Below are positions 24,411 to 36,599 of a stretch of DNA of 64,000 bases, piece by piece. The stretch spans positions 188,480,001 to 188,544,000 of the forward strand of contig OZ024741.1 of NCBI GenBank assembly GCA_964016885.1, given 5' to 3'. How positions within the stretch are numbered: position 1 is the first letter of the stretch; the number at the start of each line of letters is the position of its first letter. This DNA is from Eledone cirrhosa (Eukaryota). The notes under the pieces are model-generated. The model made no database searches and had not been told where the DNA came from. It saw only the letters and a program-made list of their open reading frames with translations. The position numbers and the translations under genes were made by a program.

Positions 24411-26176
24411 TTTTTATATCATCTCTACTGGCCCCAGCACCCTCTGGACCTTCACAACGCGGTAGCGTCCACCTCTGTTGTAGATTATGATGATAATGAT
24501 GGTGGTAGGGGTAACAGACGTAGTTAATGATGGGAATTGTGGTTGTGATGTTTGTGGCAACACTGGTGGTGTCCAAGACAAAGATGATGAAAATAATATT
24601 GATGTTTGTAGTGTTAGTGGAGATAATGGTGATAATAATGTTGGCATTGATGCTGATAGTGAATATAATGGTTGTCACACTTGAGGTTTGTTGTTGATAA
24701 TGGTGGTGGAGGTGGTAATGGTAATGCTGGTGGTGGTGGAGTGTGTAGTGGTGATTGGTAATGACTATTTTAGTAACTATGGTTTTTTTTCAATATGCTG
24801 ACACATGTGTATATGTGTGTGTGCATGTGTATGTGCATATGTTTACATTTATATGTATGAGTATATAAATATAAACAGAGAAACACAGACATACACGCAC
24901 ACATACAGCGTAGTAAATGAAACACCAGCTGCAGTTTTGTTATAGTTTTTTCACCATCCCCTTCCTTCCTTTTACACACACAAACATTCTGGACAGACGG
25001 AAATTACTCAAATTTATTTATAGATGTTAATATTAATAATGATGATAATGATGATAATGATGATATGAACAAAATTACAATTTTTTATATTGATATAATT
25101 TCTTACTTTCATTTCTATCATCCCTCATCACCATCATTACCCTCACATTTTACATTGATGGGTTAGATGCCTTGACATGTTCAGTATCTAGACAGGTTGG
25201 ATGACCATGACTCAATCATACTTTCTATTCAGGTTTGGTTTTCATGACTGGATGCCCTTCCTAATGCCAACCACAGCACAGTATGTGCCAAGTGTATTAT
25301 GGCATCACTGCTACCACATATCAGAGTAGACTGGGTGCATTTTATGATAGCATCACTACTAACACTTTTCATTGTGAACTAGATACATTTTATCATGGTA
25401 CCAGCATTACCACTTTATAGTGTAATCTGAGTGCACTTTATTGTGATACCAGCATTACCACTTTACATTGTGGGCTGAGTGCATTTTATTGTAGCACTAG
25501 CACTACATATATATATATTTGCATGTATGTCTGAGTGGATGCACACCTAGCTATGTATTTGATTTTGTATTCAAAAGGTTTTGGGTTTGATCCCACTGTA
25601 TTGTATTTTTCCCATAGATTTGATTGACTCAAGACTGTGAGGGAAATTAGGTTGATTGAAACTGTAGAATCCTGTCATGTGGGTTGTACCTGTAATTTAA
25701 AGGTCCAGATATATCATGCATTATGTAAAGAAGTAAAAGGTAAATATGTCTGCAGAATACTCAGCCACTTACAAGTTAAATTAATGGGTAAGATGGTCCA
25801 TTAATCAAATAACAAACAATGGAGGATCTATTACATTTACATGAATGTATGGATAAATATTATTATATATATATATATTTATTATTAGTACAAATTAAAC
25901 TTTAATCTGTACTAATGATAAATATTTACTCTATAGGTTTATATATACTTTTTTATTATAGATATATACATAATCCTTATCGAGCCCTCTTCGGATTTTG
26001 GTCTTCATAATTATTATTACTATCCACACACACGCTAGTTTCAGGCTATAGCTGTTGAAATTGCAAGAGCTCAGCCGTCAGGTCCCGATTCTTTATAATA
26101 CAGTCATACTCTACTACCCCAAGTATCAAGTACTCTGTTGAGTAATGGTCTAAGTAGTTTTAAACTGGTTCCATCC

Positions 26177-26222
<46 letters not shown>

Positions 26223-26226
<4 letters not shown>

Positions 26227-26355
26227 TTAATATAGATGAGATTCTACAGGACTAGAACTGTTTCATTCTTTAGAAATCATCAGGAATCTGATTCCTGATG
26301 ATTTCTAAAGAATGAAACAGTTCTAGTCCTGTAGAATCTCATCTATATTAAAACT
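26223..26355. repeat. Perfect palindrome, 66-bp arms with 1-nt spacer
   Basis: Checked base by base; centre at 26289. Confidence 0.97.
26290..26338 (+). ncRNA. Type I hammerhead ribozyme (mirror copy at 26240-26288 on minus)
   Basis: Helix I gattc/gaatc, CTGATGA, short helix II tttc-taaa-gaat (U.U closing pair, atypical), GAAA, helix III cag/ctg, GTA cleavage triplet (after 26333). Related copy at 30663-30712. Confidence 0.65.
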
Positions 26356-26421
26356 TTTATACTCTGCAATGTATTGAGTACCTTACTTACTGTGGTTACC
26401 TCCGATTCAACCCGGAATAAC

Positions 26422-26486
<65 letters not shown>

Positions 26487-26896
26487 GGTGTGTGCAAATA
26501 TATATGCATTTATGCATCTTTGTGATATCATCAATATCATTATTATCATAATTACTGCTGACAGTGCATCACAACAGTGACATCAGCAGTAGACAGTTTT
26601 ACTATAACAGTACATACTGTCCACTTCCAACACCATTGTGCTGCTTTAAAAGTACATAAAGTCTACTACTGTAATAGTAGTTTACTTGTATAATAATAGT
26701 ACATATCCAAATATTGATATTGGCACCTACCTTCACAATGAAGAATTGAAGATATAATACAATATAACACACACACATATATACACTTGCACATATATAT
26801 ATAAATATATATATACACACATACATACACATATATACACACACAAATATATATATATATATATATACACACATACATACACATATATACACACAC

Positions 26897-26952
<56 letters not shown>

Positions 26953-27740
26953 ATACACATATATATATATACACACATACACATGTACACACACACATAT
27001 ATATATACAGTGGAAAATGAAGAGAATTCCTTGGTACAGAAAGATAAATTTGGAAAAAGGGGGAAGAATGATTTCACTGGTAGTTAATGTTCTTTAATAA
27101 TTCAAATCTTTACAATAAGTCGTTCTTGATATTAGTTCTGGTAAGTCCTAGTTAACTTCTGTGGAAAACTGTAAGTCCTTGTTAACTCTCAGGAGAATTT
27201 TTTTGCATTTGGTGCAATTGAGAGGATTCCGAAAATTGACCTTACTACTAAATGTTCAAGTTGGTGCCGGTATCCCTTGTGTAGCATTAACAGCTAAGTC
27301 GGTCAGCAAATGACAGCAGCAGAGACAGACTGGCTGGGATTGGTAGTAATGCTTAATATAGCAGTATGACTTCACCAATATGGCACACTCAACCATAATT
27401 GAAGAAAAACTTTTGGAAGTTAATTATTAGATCAATATCCAGAGATTTTGAACTCATTGTTTACAAGTTTTATAATATCCTAGGATATTTTGATAACGCA
27501 ACACTACATGTGTTTTTATTCCACAATGATGGAGCAGTAAAGGAAACTATGTATTATATCTTCTTCAATTTCTCTTAGCTCTTTAAGAATTAAACTCTCC
27601 CGAAAGTGTGGCAGATTCTTCAATTATTGGTGGATACAATAAGAATTCTTCCCCATATAAAACCATGGTAAGGAGATCTATATATAAGCAAAGTTAGATA
27701 GAATACTTTTTTGTCTATCTTCTTTGTCTTCTTCTTCTTC

Positions 27741-28230
27741 GCCCACTTATTCCTGAGAGGATCGTGGGGCAGAATCCTCAAACACTCCTTCCAGCGGGTC
27801 TCCAGCTGATCTGGCTGGATCCCCAAGTATGACCAGCCAAGCTCTTGGGTCTCTTGCTGGCTGGGTTTGCCCATAAAATAAGTCCAGCGATTCTTTCCTG
27901 AGACATTCTAACCACACGCCCATAGTATCAGAACTGTGATCTCTCAATTCGAAGAAGTAGCAGCTCTACCTGGAGTGACTCTCTGATCTCGAAGTTATGC
28001 ACTTTATCAAGTAACGTTACTCGAAAGACCTTTCGAAGGAATCCCATTTTGGCCACTTGTATTCACGATCGTATTTTTTTGGTCATTACCCAAGATTCAT
28101 GACCATAGGTAAGGGTTGGCACGAAAACCAAATTGAAGACAGCGAGTTTGGCTTTTACGCCTACCTCCCTTCTTCTGATTACTGAATGCCGAAGCTGACA
28201 CATTACTGCACCAATTTTTGTTGCTATTTC
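27741..28230 (-). mobile_element. RTE LINE 3' fragment
   Basis: VPTLTYGHESWVMTKKIRS; same family as 30-865; (aag)n tail. Confidence 0.8.
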
Positions 28231-28561
28231 TAGCGACATTATAAGCCTGTCTAGTATTCCTAATATCCTAGGATATTTTGATAACGCAACACTATAGGTA
28301 TTTTTATTCCACAATGGTGCCACGATAAAGGAAACAGTATGTATTATATCAATTTCTCTTAGCTCTTTAAGAATTAAACTCCCCTGAAGAGTGTGGCAGA
28401 TTCTTCAATTATTGGTGGTTCCAATAAGAATTCTTCCCCATATGAAACCATGGTAGGATGATCTATATATATATGAGCGAGGTTTGATAGAATAATTTTT
28501 TTTTGTCTTTTTTGTTTTTTTGTACTCCCATAATTAGAGTTTTTCTCAATTTTAATAACAA

Positions 28562-28925
28562 CATCATCATCAGGTCGAGCTTGCTCGGCTTTCTACGACA
28601 CGTTTCCTCCATCCACCTCTGTCTCTCATAGCGTTTGCCAGTTCTTCCGCAGTGCATCCAGTATCGTCCTCAAGTTGCTTGACGTCTTCTTGGGACGACC
28701 AGCGTTTCTTGCTCCATGAGATGGACTCCATAACAACACATCACCTGCTATTTCTTCCTTGCTGCGCCAACAGTGGCCAGCAAATCTGAGTCTCTGTCCA
28801 CGTATTGACCTGCTGATAGGTGGTATATTGTCATAGAGATCCTTATTTGTTGGGTGTTCCCTCAAAGACACGTTTAAAGCAGCACGGAGCATACGTGTGT
28901 ATGCCCCATCTAGCTTTTTCTCCAG
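28562..28925 (-). mobile_element. RTE-X-like LINE 3' fragment
   Basis: LDGAYTRMLRAALNVS..QRLRFAGHCWRS..GRPKKT; (gat)n tail. Confidence 0.75.
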
Positions 28926-28929
28926 ATAT

Positions 28930-30571
28930 GTGTAAAAGGTAAACAGAAATAACAACACAATCGGTACAGTATATAGAAGGGATATATTAGGTTAACGCTT
29001 GATATAACAGGAAGAGGGTCTTCACATTTCGGATGCTAGTTCTTCATCAGAAGAAAGAATGAGAAATAAGATAGATTGAGGGTTGGAATTGGAAAAATAA
29101 TGTCTTTAGATAAAAATAGCAGGTCCATTCATGTTGATATCTATTGGAAAACTGTTAGTGCTGGCGTTTTGGGTATGATTTATGTTTTAGAAAAGTGGAT
29201 GATGGAGCGCGTCTACCTGAAATAGAAAAGAAAAACGTTTTGTAAAAAGAGCTATACTTGTGCACATGCGTAAGCATGTGTGTGTGTGTGTATGTGTGTT
29301 ATACGTTCATACGAAGCTAAGAAGAAATGTGTGTATATGTGAATAAAAGAGTGTGTGCGTATGTAAGTACGAAGCTATGAGCAAAAGTATGTTAATATAA
29401 GGGTGTGTATGTGTGTATACAGAGTAATGAAGGGAAAAATGGAGTGAGCATATATAGTCGGCATGTATTAGTTGTAAGAGAAGATGTTAATGATCAAGAG
29501 AAAGCGATAGGAATCTAAGGGTGTGATAATGGACGGGGTATTAAGGAAATCGGGGAGGTGAGTTGAGTCCAAGAAGGGAATAGGACCCAAGGCAGTGAAT
29601 CAGACTTTGTTCAGTCTTGGTGCATGAGGCCTGTGATCCATGATGTAAAAGGACACCCAGGAAGAATGACCAGGAGAACAGAAATGACGGGCGACAGGAA
29701 TATCCAAACCGAGTTGTACGTCCCTCAAACGCTCGGCAAAACAGTCCGCCATACGGCGTCCTGTTTTTATGATATATAAAGACCTGCAAAGGGAACACCA
29801 GAGGGCATAGACAATGTGGGTGGATGTGCAGGTGAAGGAATGGCGGATACGGAAAGACCCGTTAGGGCCTGTAAGAGTGGTGAGGGTGGAAATAAAGGGA
29901 CAAGTGTTGCAGCGGGAACAGGAACAAGGATGAGAGCCGGGTGGAGTCGTGGGAGAGGATGAGAAGGAACTGCGAACCAGGAGGTTGCGGAGGTTGCAGG
30001 TGCACTTAAAAGCAGTAATGGGTGGGTTTGGAAAAAAGCGAGAAGAGTCAGAAGAGAGGATGCGGAAGGAATGGAGGATATGTCGCCGGAGTGGTAGGGT
30101 GATGGGGTGGTAGGTGAGAGCGAAAAGAACGCTGGTGTTGGGAGGGCGAGGATGAGGTGAGAGAGCTGTGGTGCAGTCTGTTTCATGGGCGTGGGTAAGA
30201 GCAGCTTGGGGGGATATCCATGCTGGATGAAGCAGGAAGCCATGCAAAGGGAATGGGTTTTGAAATCGTCCTGACTACAGAGCCGATGAAGATGGAGGAA
30301 TTGGGAATAGGGTATGGAGTGTTTGGTGTGGGTTGGAAGGGAGGAGGTGAAGTTGAGGTAAGATTGGGAGTCTGTTGGTTTAATGAAGATGGAAGTAGAG
30401 AGGGTGTGGTGAGTGTGATTAATAGATAGAGAGATATCTAGAAAAGCGACAGAAGAATCGGAGACGGAGGCGGTGAAATTGAGAGCAGGATGAAAAGATT
30501 GGACGAAAGAAAGAAAACAGTCGAGCTGTTCTCATGATAGAGAGGTGGCGCTGATACAGTCGTTGATATAT
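28930..30571 (-). mobile_element. Penelope-like element (RT C-terminal part, GIY-YIG endonuclease, 3' region)
   Basis: YINDCI (YIDD motif) near 30570, FHPALNFT and FLDISL; ORF 29600..30247 HIVYALWCSLCRSLYIIKTGRR (GIY-YIG); HHR in the 3' region. Confidence 0.88.
29019..29054 (-). ncRNA. Degenerate minimal Penelope hammerhead
   Basis: tctt-CTGATGA-agaactagcatcc-GAAA-tgtg-aaga. With the paralog at 53455-53490 the consensus is tctt CTGATGA A GGA-ctagca-TCC GAAA CG TT aaga. Confidence 0.6.
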
Positions 30572-30599
30572 AATATATATATTATATGTGTATTATATG

Positions 30600-30630
<31 letters not shown>

Positions 30631-30662
30631 TGTATATATATATATATATAGAAATAGAAATG

Positions 30663-30712
30663 GCTTCTAGAGGATGAGAACTGTTTCATTTGGGAGAAAT
30701 CATCAGGAAAGC
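30663..30712 (-). ncRNA. Degenerate hammerhead, same family as 26290-26338
   Basis: gctttc CTGATGA tttctcccaaat GAAA cagttctcatcctc TA gaagc. Confidence 0.5.
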
Positions 30713-31139
30713 ATATATATATATATATATATCCATTTCTCCAAAATGGCTGACTGAATAAACACATGCCTTTTCTCTAAAAACTTTTGTTCCAATCCTT
30801 CCTCTTCTCACTCTCAATATTTTATGTTAGATAAGTATGAAACAGAAACACAGCAAGTCACATTATAGACTACTTAGCTATGAGTGTGGTAACCTGAATA
30901 TGCACTGATAGGGGATTATTGAACCTTCTCACCTAGGTGAGTTTCTCTAGAGTTTACTGGATTCTGTAGATTCAGTAAAGTGGCTGCTGATATGAAAGGT
31001 ATCCCAACTACAAAAGCCACATACAGTTCAATATAAACTTGCCCATCCCACTTCACTTTTAATGTCCTGTACCACATGAAACCACCTTTGCAAATCATTC
31101 TTGAAAAGTACAAAACAGCATGATATTAAAAGCCTTAAA

Positions 31140-32288
31140 TAGAGAAGGTATTCTCTGGCTGACTCATATGTGCCAGGTGGCTTTATCTCTGGAAAGGCAC
31201 CCAAGCAATAGTAATCAGGAGTGATAATCCCAATTTTCAAAAAGGAATACAAGAGAGATTCTTCCAGTTACAGAGGGATCTCTTTGTTTAGCCTCCCCAG
31301 TAAGAGGTCTATGCTAAGTGTCTGACAAAGAGATGTAGAGAAATTGTCAAGTTAAAGCTAGCTGATGAACAGTGCAGTTTTTGCCCCAGATGCAGCACAG
31401 TGACCAAATATTCATGCTGCAGCAGGTCTTCAAGAGATGGTGTGAGTATTGCCAAGAGGGATATTGTTGTTTTGTAGTCCATAAAAAGGCATATGACTGC
31501 GTTCCTTGGGACCTGCTGTGGAAGGTTCTGCAGGTGTATGGCTTGGATGGTCAGTTTCTAGCTGCCCTGATGTCTCTATACGAATGCCCAAGTATTTGTA
31601 AATATAAAGAAAATTACTGTGTACAGTGCTCAGGTGTTTGAATAAATGATACTAAATCAAAATCAATCAATGTGGGAGTTGGACTCTGCCAAGGTTTTGT
31701 ACTGTCACCTCTCCTGTTCATTATTTTCATGAACAGGATTGACATACACATCCGGGTTGGAAGTGATATCACGACTGGCAGGTGTAAAATCAGTCGGTTG
31801 GAATTTGCAGATGACATGGTATTACTTATCTCGTCAGAAGGTAATCAGTGCTGCGAAAACTGAAACACTGGTCCTCCCAAGAAGTCTGCACAATGCACTC
31901 TGTATGTGAATGGAGTTCCACTGAAGCAGATGAGAAGTTCAAGTATCTCAGGCTACGTCCACGAGTGATAGTAGGCAGGAGGCTGAATTAAATGCAAGAA
32001 TTGCATGAGCTGGTGCAATAATGCACCAGCTCCAATATTTGGTAATCAGTAGAAGGGAGGTAGGTGTAAAAGCCAAACTCGCTATCTTCAATTCGGCATT
32101 CAAGCCACCCCCTACCTATGGTCATGAATCTTGGGTAATGACCAAAAGAATATGATCACAAATGTAATCAGCTGAATTGGGGTTCCTCCAAATGGCCTTA
32201 GGAGTAACATGATTCAATAGAGTGTGTAGCTCGGGGATCAGAGTCACTCCGGGTAGAGCTGCTGTATCTCCAAATTGAGAGATCACAG

Positions 32289-32295
<7 letters not shown>
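31140..32295 (+). mobile_element. Decayed RTE LINE (RT domain)
   Basis: KKAYDCVPWDLLW, GLCQGFVLSPLLFIIFM, LEFADDMVLL; many frameshifts. Confidence 0.85.
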
Positions 32296-32321
<26 letters not shown>

Positions 32322-32352
<31 letters not shown>

Positions 32353-33410
32353 GTTTAACGTCCGTGTTCCACGCTTGCATGGGTTTGGACGGGGGTAGTC
32401 CCACTTGAGGCAAGAGTGATTGTCTTGCTCGCATAGGACTGTCTGGCAGGTTTTCTACAGCTGGATGCCCTTCCTAACACCAACCACATTTACAGTGTGG
32501 GTCTGGGAGGTTTTTACCGTGTTGCCTACATGGCCACATTACAGCGTGGACTGTGTGTTTTTTTTGTCGTGACACCTACACGATCTCATTTGTTTCGGCC
32601 TGGATGGTGTGGCACCAACATAACTTTACATAGGAGGGGGGTGGGGTGGATGGGGTGGGGGTGTATTTTGTTAGAGATGCCTACTGGCTGTAGTAGGTTT
32701 TAGTATGTATTTAGGTAAGGCGGGTCTTATCTATTACTGAGTACCGCCAAAGGTCTCGGTCCAGTGACATTGTCTTGGAGAGGTGTAAGTGTGTGAGGTC
32801 GGAGTTTATCAGCTCGTCCCAGGATTTTCTAGGTCTGTCTATTCCGTGGCTACCGTCTATCTTTATTGCCCTGCACTTTGTTATACAGCTATCGACTTTC
32901 ATGCGCATCACGTGTCCATACCAACATAGCCTTCTCTCGAGTAAACAACATCTGATCCCTCTTATTTCTAATTTTTTCCTTAGTTCGTTTATGCTTTGCC
33001 GTTCACGTATATTACTATTACACATCCAGCGGAGCATGCAAGCTTCGTTCCTCTCTAGTCTGCATATATCCTCTGCACACAATGCCTAGGTCTCACTGCC
33101 ATGCAACATTGCTGTTCGTATGCAGGCATCATACAACCTGCCTTTCATTTTTAGGGAGAACCCTTTAGCGGCTAATAGTGGTATAAGCTCTCTGAACTTT
33201 TTCCATCCAGTTCTGACTCTAGCTACTGTACTTTCAGAGCACCCTCCCCCACTGCTGATTTTGTCACCCAGGTAACGGAAGCTGTCCACTATTTCTATAG
33301 AGCCCTCTGCGCAGTTGTAAGAGCTAGTATTTTGTGGGCACTTGCTGCTACTTATTGCACCAGAGCACCGCCGACATGTAAAATCTATGTTCTTAGTTAG
33401 CTTACCTGTG
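32322..33410 (-). mobile_element. RTE LINE 3' part with long 3'UTR
   Basis: FRYLGDKISSGGG, YDACIRTAMLHGSET, RRLCWYGHVMRM, RPRKSW; (gat)n tail. The 3'UTR is shared with 38288-38835 and 47184-47750. Confidence 0.88.
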
Positions 33411-33422
33411 ATATATATATAT

Positions 33423-34165
33423 ATATCACAATAGATTAATGGAGCCATAGACTCTCGCTATTCCCTGTCAATAATGTGCTCAAATGTTGAAAAGGTAACA
33501 CACTAGAGAGAGATAGTGCGCCATCAATAAAACGGAAAAACCACCAGTGTATGGAATCTATAACCTATGAAAGGCAGGGTAGACACACGGTAATTAAAAA
33601 TATAAATTAAAGTGTATATACAAACCTCTATAACTATATAACACACACGTACAAATCCAAAGAGATTTGTTTCGCCAATAATTTGTTGACAGAAATAAAT
33701 AGCCCATGGTTCATCAGCATGTGTAAGGCCATACATTTCAGACAACTCTAAGAGAATTTAAAGCGACTGTCCAGCTACACGTGGGAGAAAGATGTCACAG
33801 CGTGTTTAGGGCAGGGAACCAGTGGTGTCTGAGGGACGAGCTGCTAGAAAGGGCAGCCCAAAACTCCTCAGAGGAGTGTGCTCAACCAAACAGAGAGAGA
33901 GGAAAGACTGTTATAAGGAGCGAAATATCACGATAGATTAACGGAGCCATAGACTCTCGCTATTCCCTGTCAATAATGTGCTCAAAGGAGAAGGAATCCT
34001 GAGCTCTTTAAAATACAATATGTTGAAAAGGTAACACACTAGAGAGAGATAGTGTGCCATCAATAAAACAGGGAAAAACCACCAGTGTATGGAATCTATA
34101 ACCTATGAAAGGCAGAGTAGACACACGGTAATTAAAAATATAAATGAAAGTGTATATACAAACCT
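33423..34165 (-). mobile_element. Non-coding hammerhead-containing tandem element (retrozyme-like), about 538-nt unit, 1.4 copies
   Basis: Direct repeats 33423-33627 and 33925-34165; (TA)n on both flanks; no recognisable protein ORF; HHR at 33643-33724. Confidence 0.75.
33643..33724 (-). ncRNA. Type I hammerhead ribozyme with stable helix III
   Basis: Minus strand acacatg-CTGATGA-acca...tggc-GAAA-caaatc-tctttg-gatttg-TA-cgtgtgt. Helix I 7 bp (one GU), helix III 6 bp perfect, GUA cleavage between 33650 and 33649. Confidence 0.85.
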
Positions 34166-34181
34166 ATATATATATATATAT

Positions 34182-35563
34182 AATTAGAGAAAAGGTCAAA
34201 CTAAATGAGATGCAGTTTAGTTTTGTGCCTGGGTAAAGTACAACAGATGCTCTCTTCTTAGTGAGACAACTACAAGAGAGGTTCTTAGAGAAGAATAAGC
34301 CACTATACTTAGCTTTTGTTGACCTAGAGAAGGCCTTTGATAGGGTATCCCGATCTGTCATCTGGTGGTCTCTAAGGAAACTAGGTATTGAGGAATGGCT
34401 TGTGAAGACTGTGCAAGCTTTGTACAGAGGAGCTGTCAGTAAAGTGAGGGTAGGAATAGAGTTTAGTGAGAAATTCCAGATACAAGTAGGAGTACATCAG
34501 GTTTCGGTCCTCAGCCCGCTCTTGTTCGCTATAGTCCTCCAAGCCATAACAGAGGAGTTTAAGACTGGCTGCCCATGGGAACTTCTCTATGCTGGCGATC
34601 TGATCCTTATAGCAGAATCAGTAGAGGAGCTAGAGTATAAATTATGGCTATGAAAACAACAGGACTGAGAGCGAACCTAGCTAAGACAAAAGTGTTGATG
34701 AGTAGAAAAGAGGACAACACTCTGATTCCGTCAGGGAAATGGCCATGATCGATATGTAGAAAAGGAACTGGCATAAATTCTATAAAATGAACACAATGCA
34801 GATCTTGGGTACACAAGAGATGTAGTGGGATAGCAGGTAAACTAACAGGTAGGGAAAACTACATATGCAGTAGACGTACACAGGGAAAGTTGGTAGTAGT
34901 AATCGCAGTGATAGACATTTTTCAAATGCAGGTAGGTTCTATAGAAGTGGTTGATAGCTTCTGGTTCCTAGGTGATCAGATTAGCATGGAAGGGGGGGGG
35001 GGATGTTCCGAGTATCTAGAATAAGGACGGGTTGCAAGAAGTTTAGGGAGCTGCTTCTTCTGCTGACAAAGAAGGGTTTCTCCCTGCATACGAAAGGCTG
35101 GTTATATGATGCTTGTGTGAGATGCGCAATGCTGCTTGGTAGTGAGACATGGGCAGCAACTGCAGAGGATATGTGATGGCTGGAGAGAAATGAAGCAAGC
35201 ATGCTCCGTTGGATGTGCAATGTTAATGTACGTGAACAACCTAGCATGGATGAGTTGAGAGAGAAACTGTGTATAAGAGGGATAAGTTATGGTGTGCAGG
35301 AGAGAAGACTGAGATGGTATGGACATGTGATGAGCATGGAGGATGACTGCTGGGTAAAGAAATGCCAAGAAATGCCAGTAGAAGGAAGATACAGTAGAGG
35401 TAGACCACGAAAAACATAGGTGGAGGTGGTGAGAGCGGACCTCAGATCATTGAAGTTCACGGAGGAGATGACGAAGGACAGTGACAAGTGGAGAGATGCT
35501 GTACTGAATAGGACCTGCCCCACGCTTGCAAGCAGGGAAAAGCGGACGTAAAATGATGATGAT
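34182..35563 (+). mobile_element. RTE LINE (RT domain through 3' end)
   Basis: AFVDLEKAFDRV, GVHQVSVLSPLLF, LLYAGDL, RRLRWYGHV, GRPRKT; tail caagcagggaaaagcggacgtaaaatgatgatg. Confidence 0.9.
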
Positions 35564-35954
35564 GTACAATGGGCTCCACCTGCTAAATTCACTGAAAACC
35601 CATTTGTTGGCGCAAGGCTATAGTAAAGGACACTTCTCTAAGGTGGAATAGAAACTGAGACTATATGGTTGTAAAACAAATTTCATAACCATCCCACACA
35701 GCCATGCCTGTACCTGTGTGTTTATATATATATATATACGTATGCACACATACATATATGTATACAGACGTACATATATATATGTGTGCATATGTACATA
35801 TATATATGTGTGCATGTATGTATATATATATACATACTACTGTACGTCTGTATGCATATATGTATGTACGTGTACATACTTATATTTAAGTAACAGCCGT
35901 ACTAAGAGTGGGAAATGAAATTTTGTTTCATTTTTTCCGTTTATATATATATCA

Positions 35955-36185
35955 TAACATGCTCACCGACATCCGGAGTTGACATTGCACTCAGTACTCC
36001 TTTGGGAGCCCTTACATGGACACACTGGAAGAGGAAGACCAAGGTTAACATATGTTGATGCCCTAAGGACAGACACTGGTCTGTTGGAGATGCAGGATAT
36101 GGCAGCGATAATGAGGGACAGAGACCGCTGGAGAGAACTCGTCCATGGATCTCGGGAATTTTACCCGCCTTAGATAGATAGATAT
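35955..36185 (+). mobile_element. RTE-X-like LINE 3' end
   Basis: VLLWEPLHGHTGRGRPRLTYVDAL..MRDRDRWRELV; (taga)n tail. Confidence 0.7.
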
Positions 36186-36599
36186 CATAACACATTGTTG
36201 CGGTCTGAAGATCCAATGTATGATTGGTTGAATGATATATTTTGGGTGGATCACACACATACAGACCTCCTTGACCCACTGCCACGAAAAAAGAAACGGA
36301 AAACTGATGAACAGATGAACAGATGAGACTGGTGCATAAGTCTGGATCAGCTGGAACAGAAGGTTTTTACAAGGTTAGTAACAGAGAAAAGGCTGGATAC
36401 CTTTGTCATGCCAATAATTGTTTCTACTTTTGGCACAAGGCCAGCAATTACCCAGTGCATTACTGGTACTTTATTTTATCGACCCTGTAAGGATGAAAGG
36501 CAAAGTTAACCTCGGCGGGATTTGAACTCAGAATGGCAATAATATGACAAAAACAGCTGAGGCTGGACAACAAAACGTATGTTATTTATTTTGGTTTAT

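Noticed and set aside
26030-26090. Minus-strand CTGAC..hairpin..GAAAC possible fifth HHR family
   Set aside because: The core GA is missing and there is no UH cleavage site or helix I; at best a dead relic.
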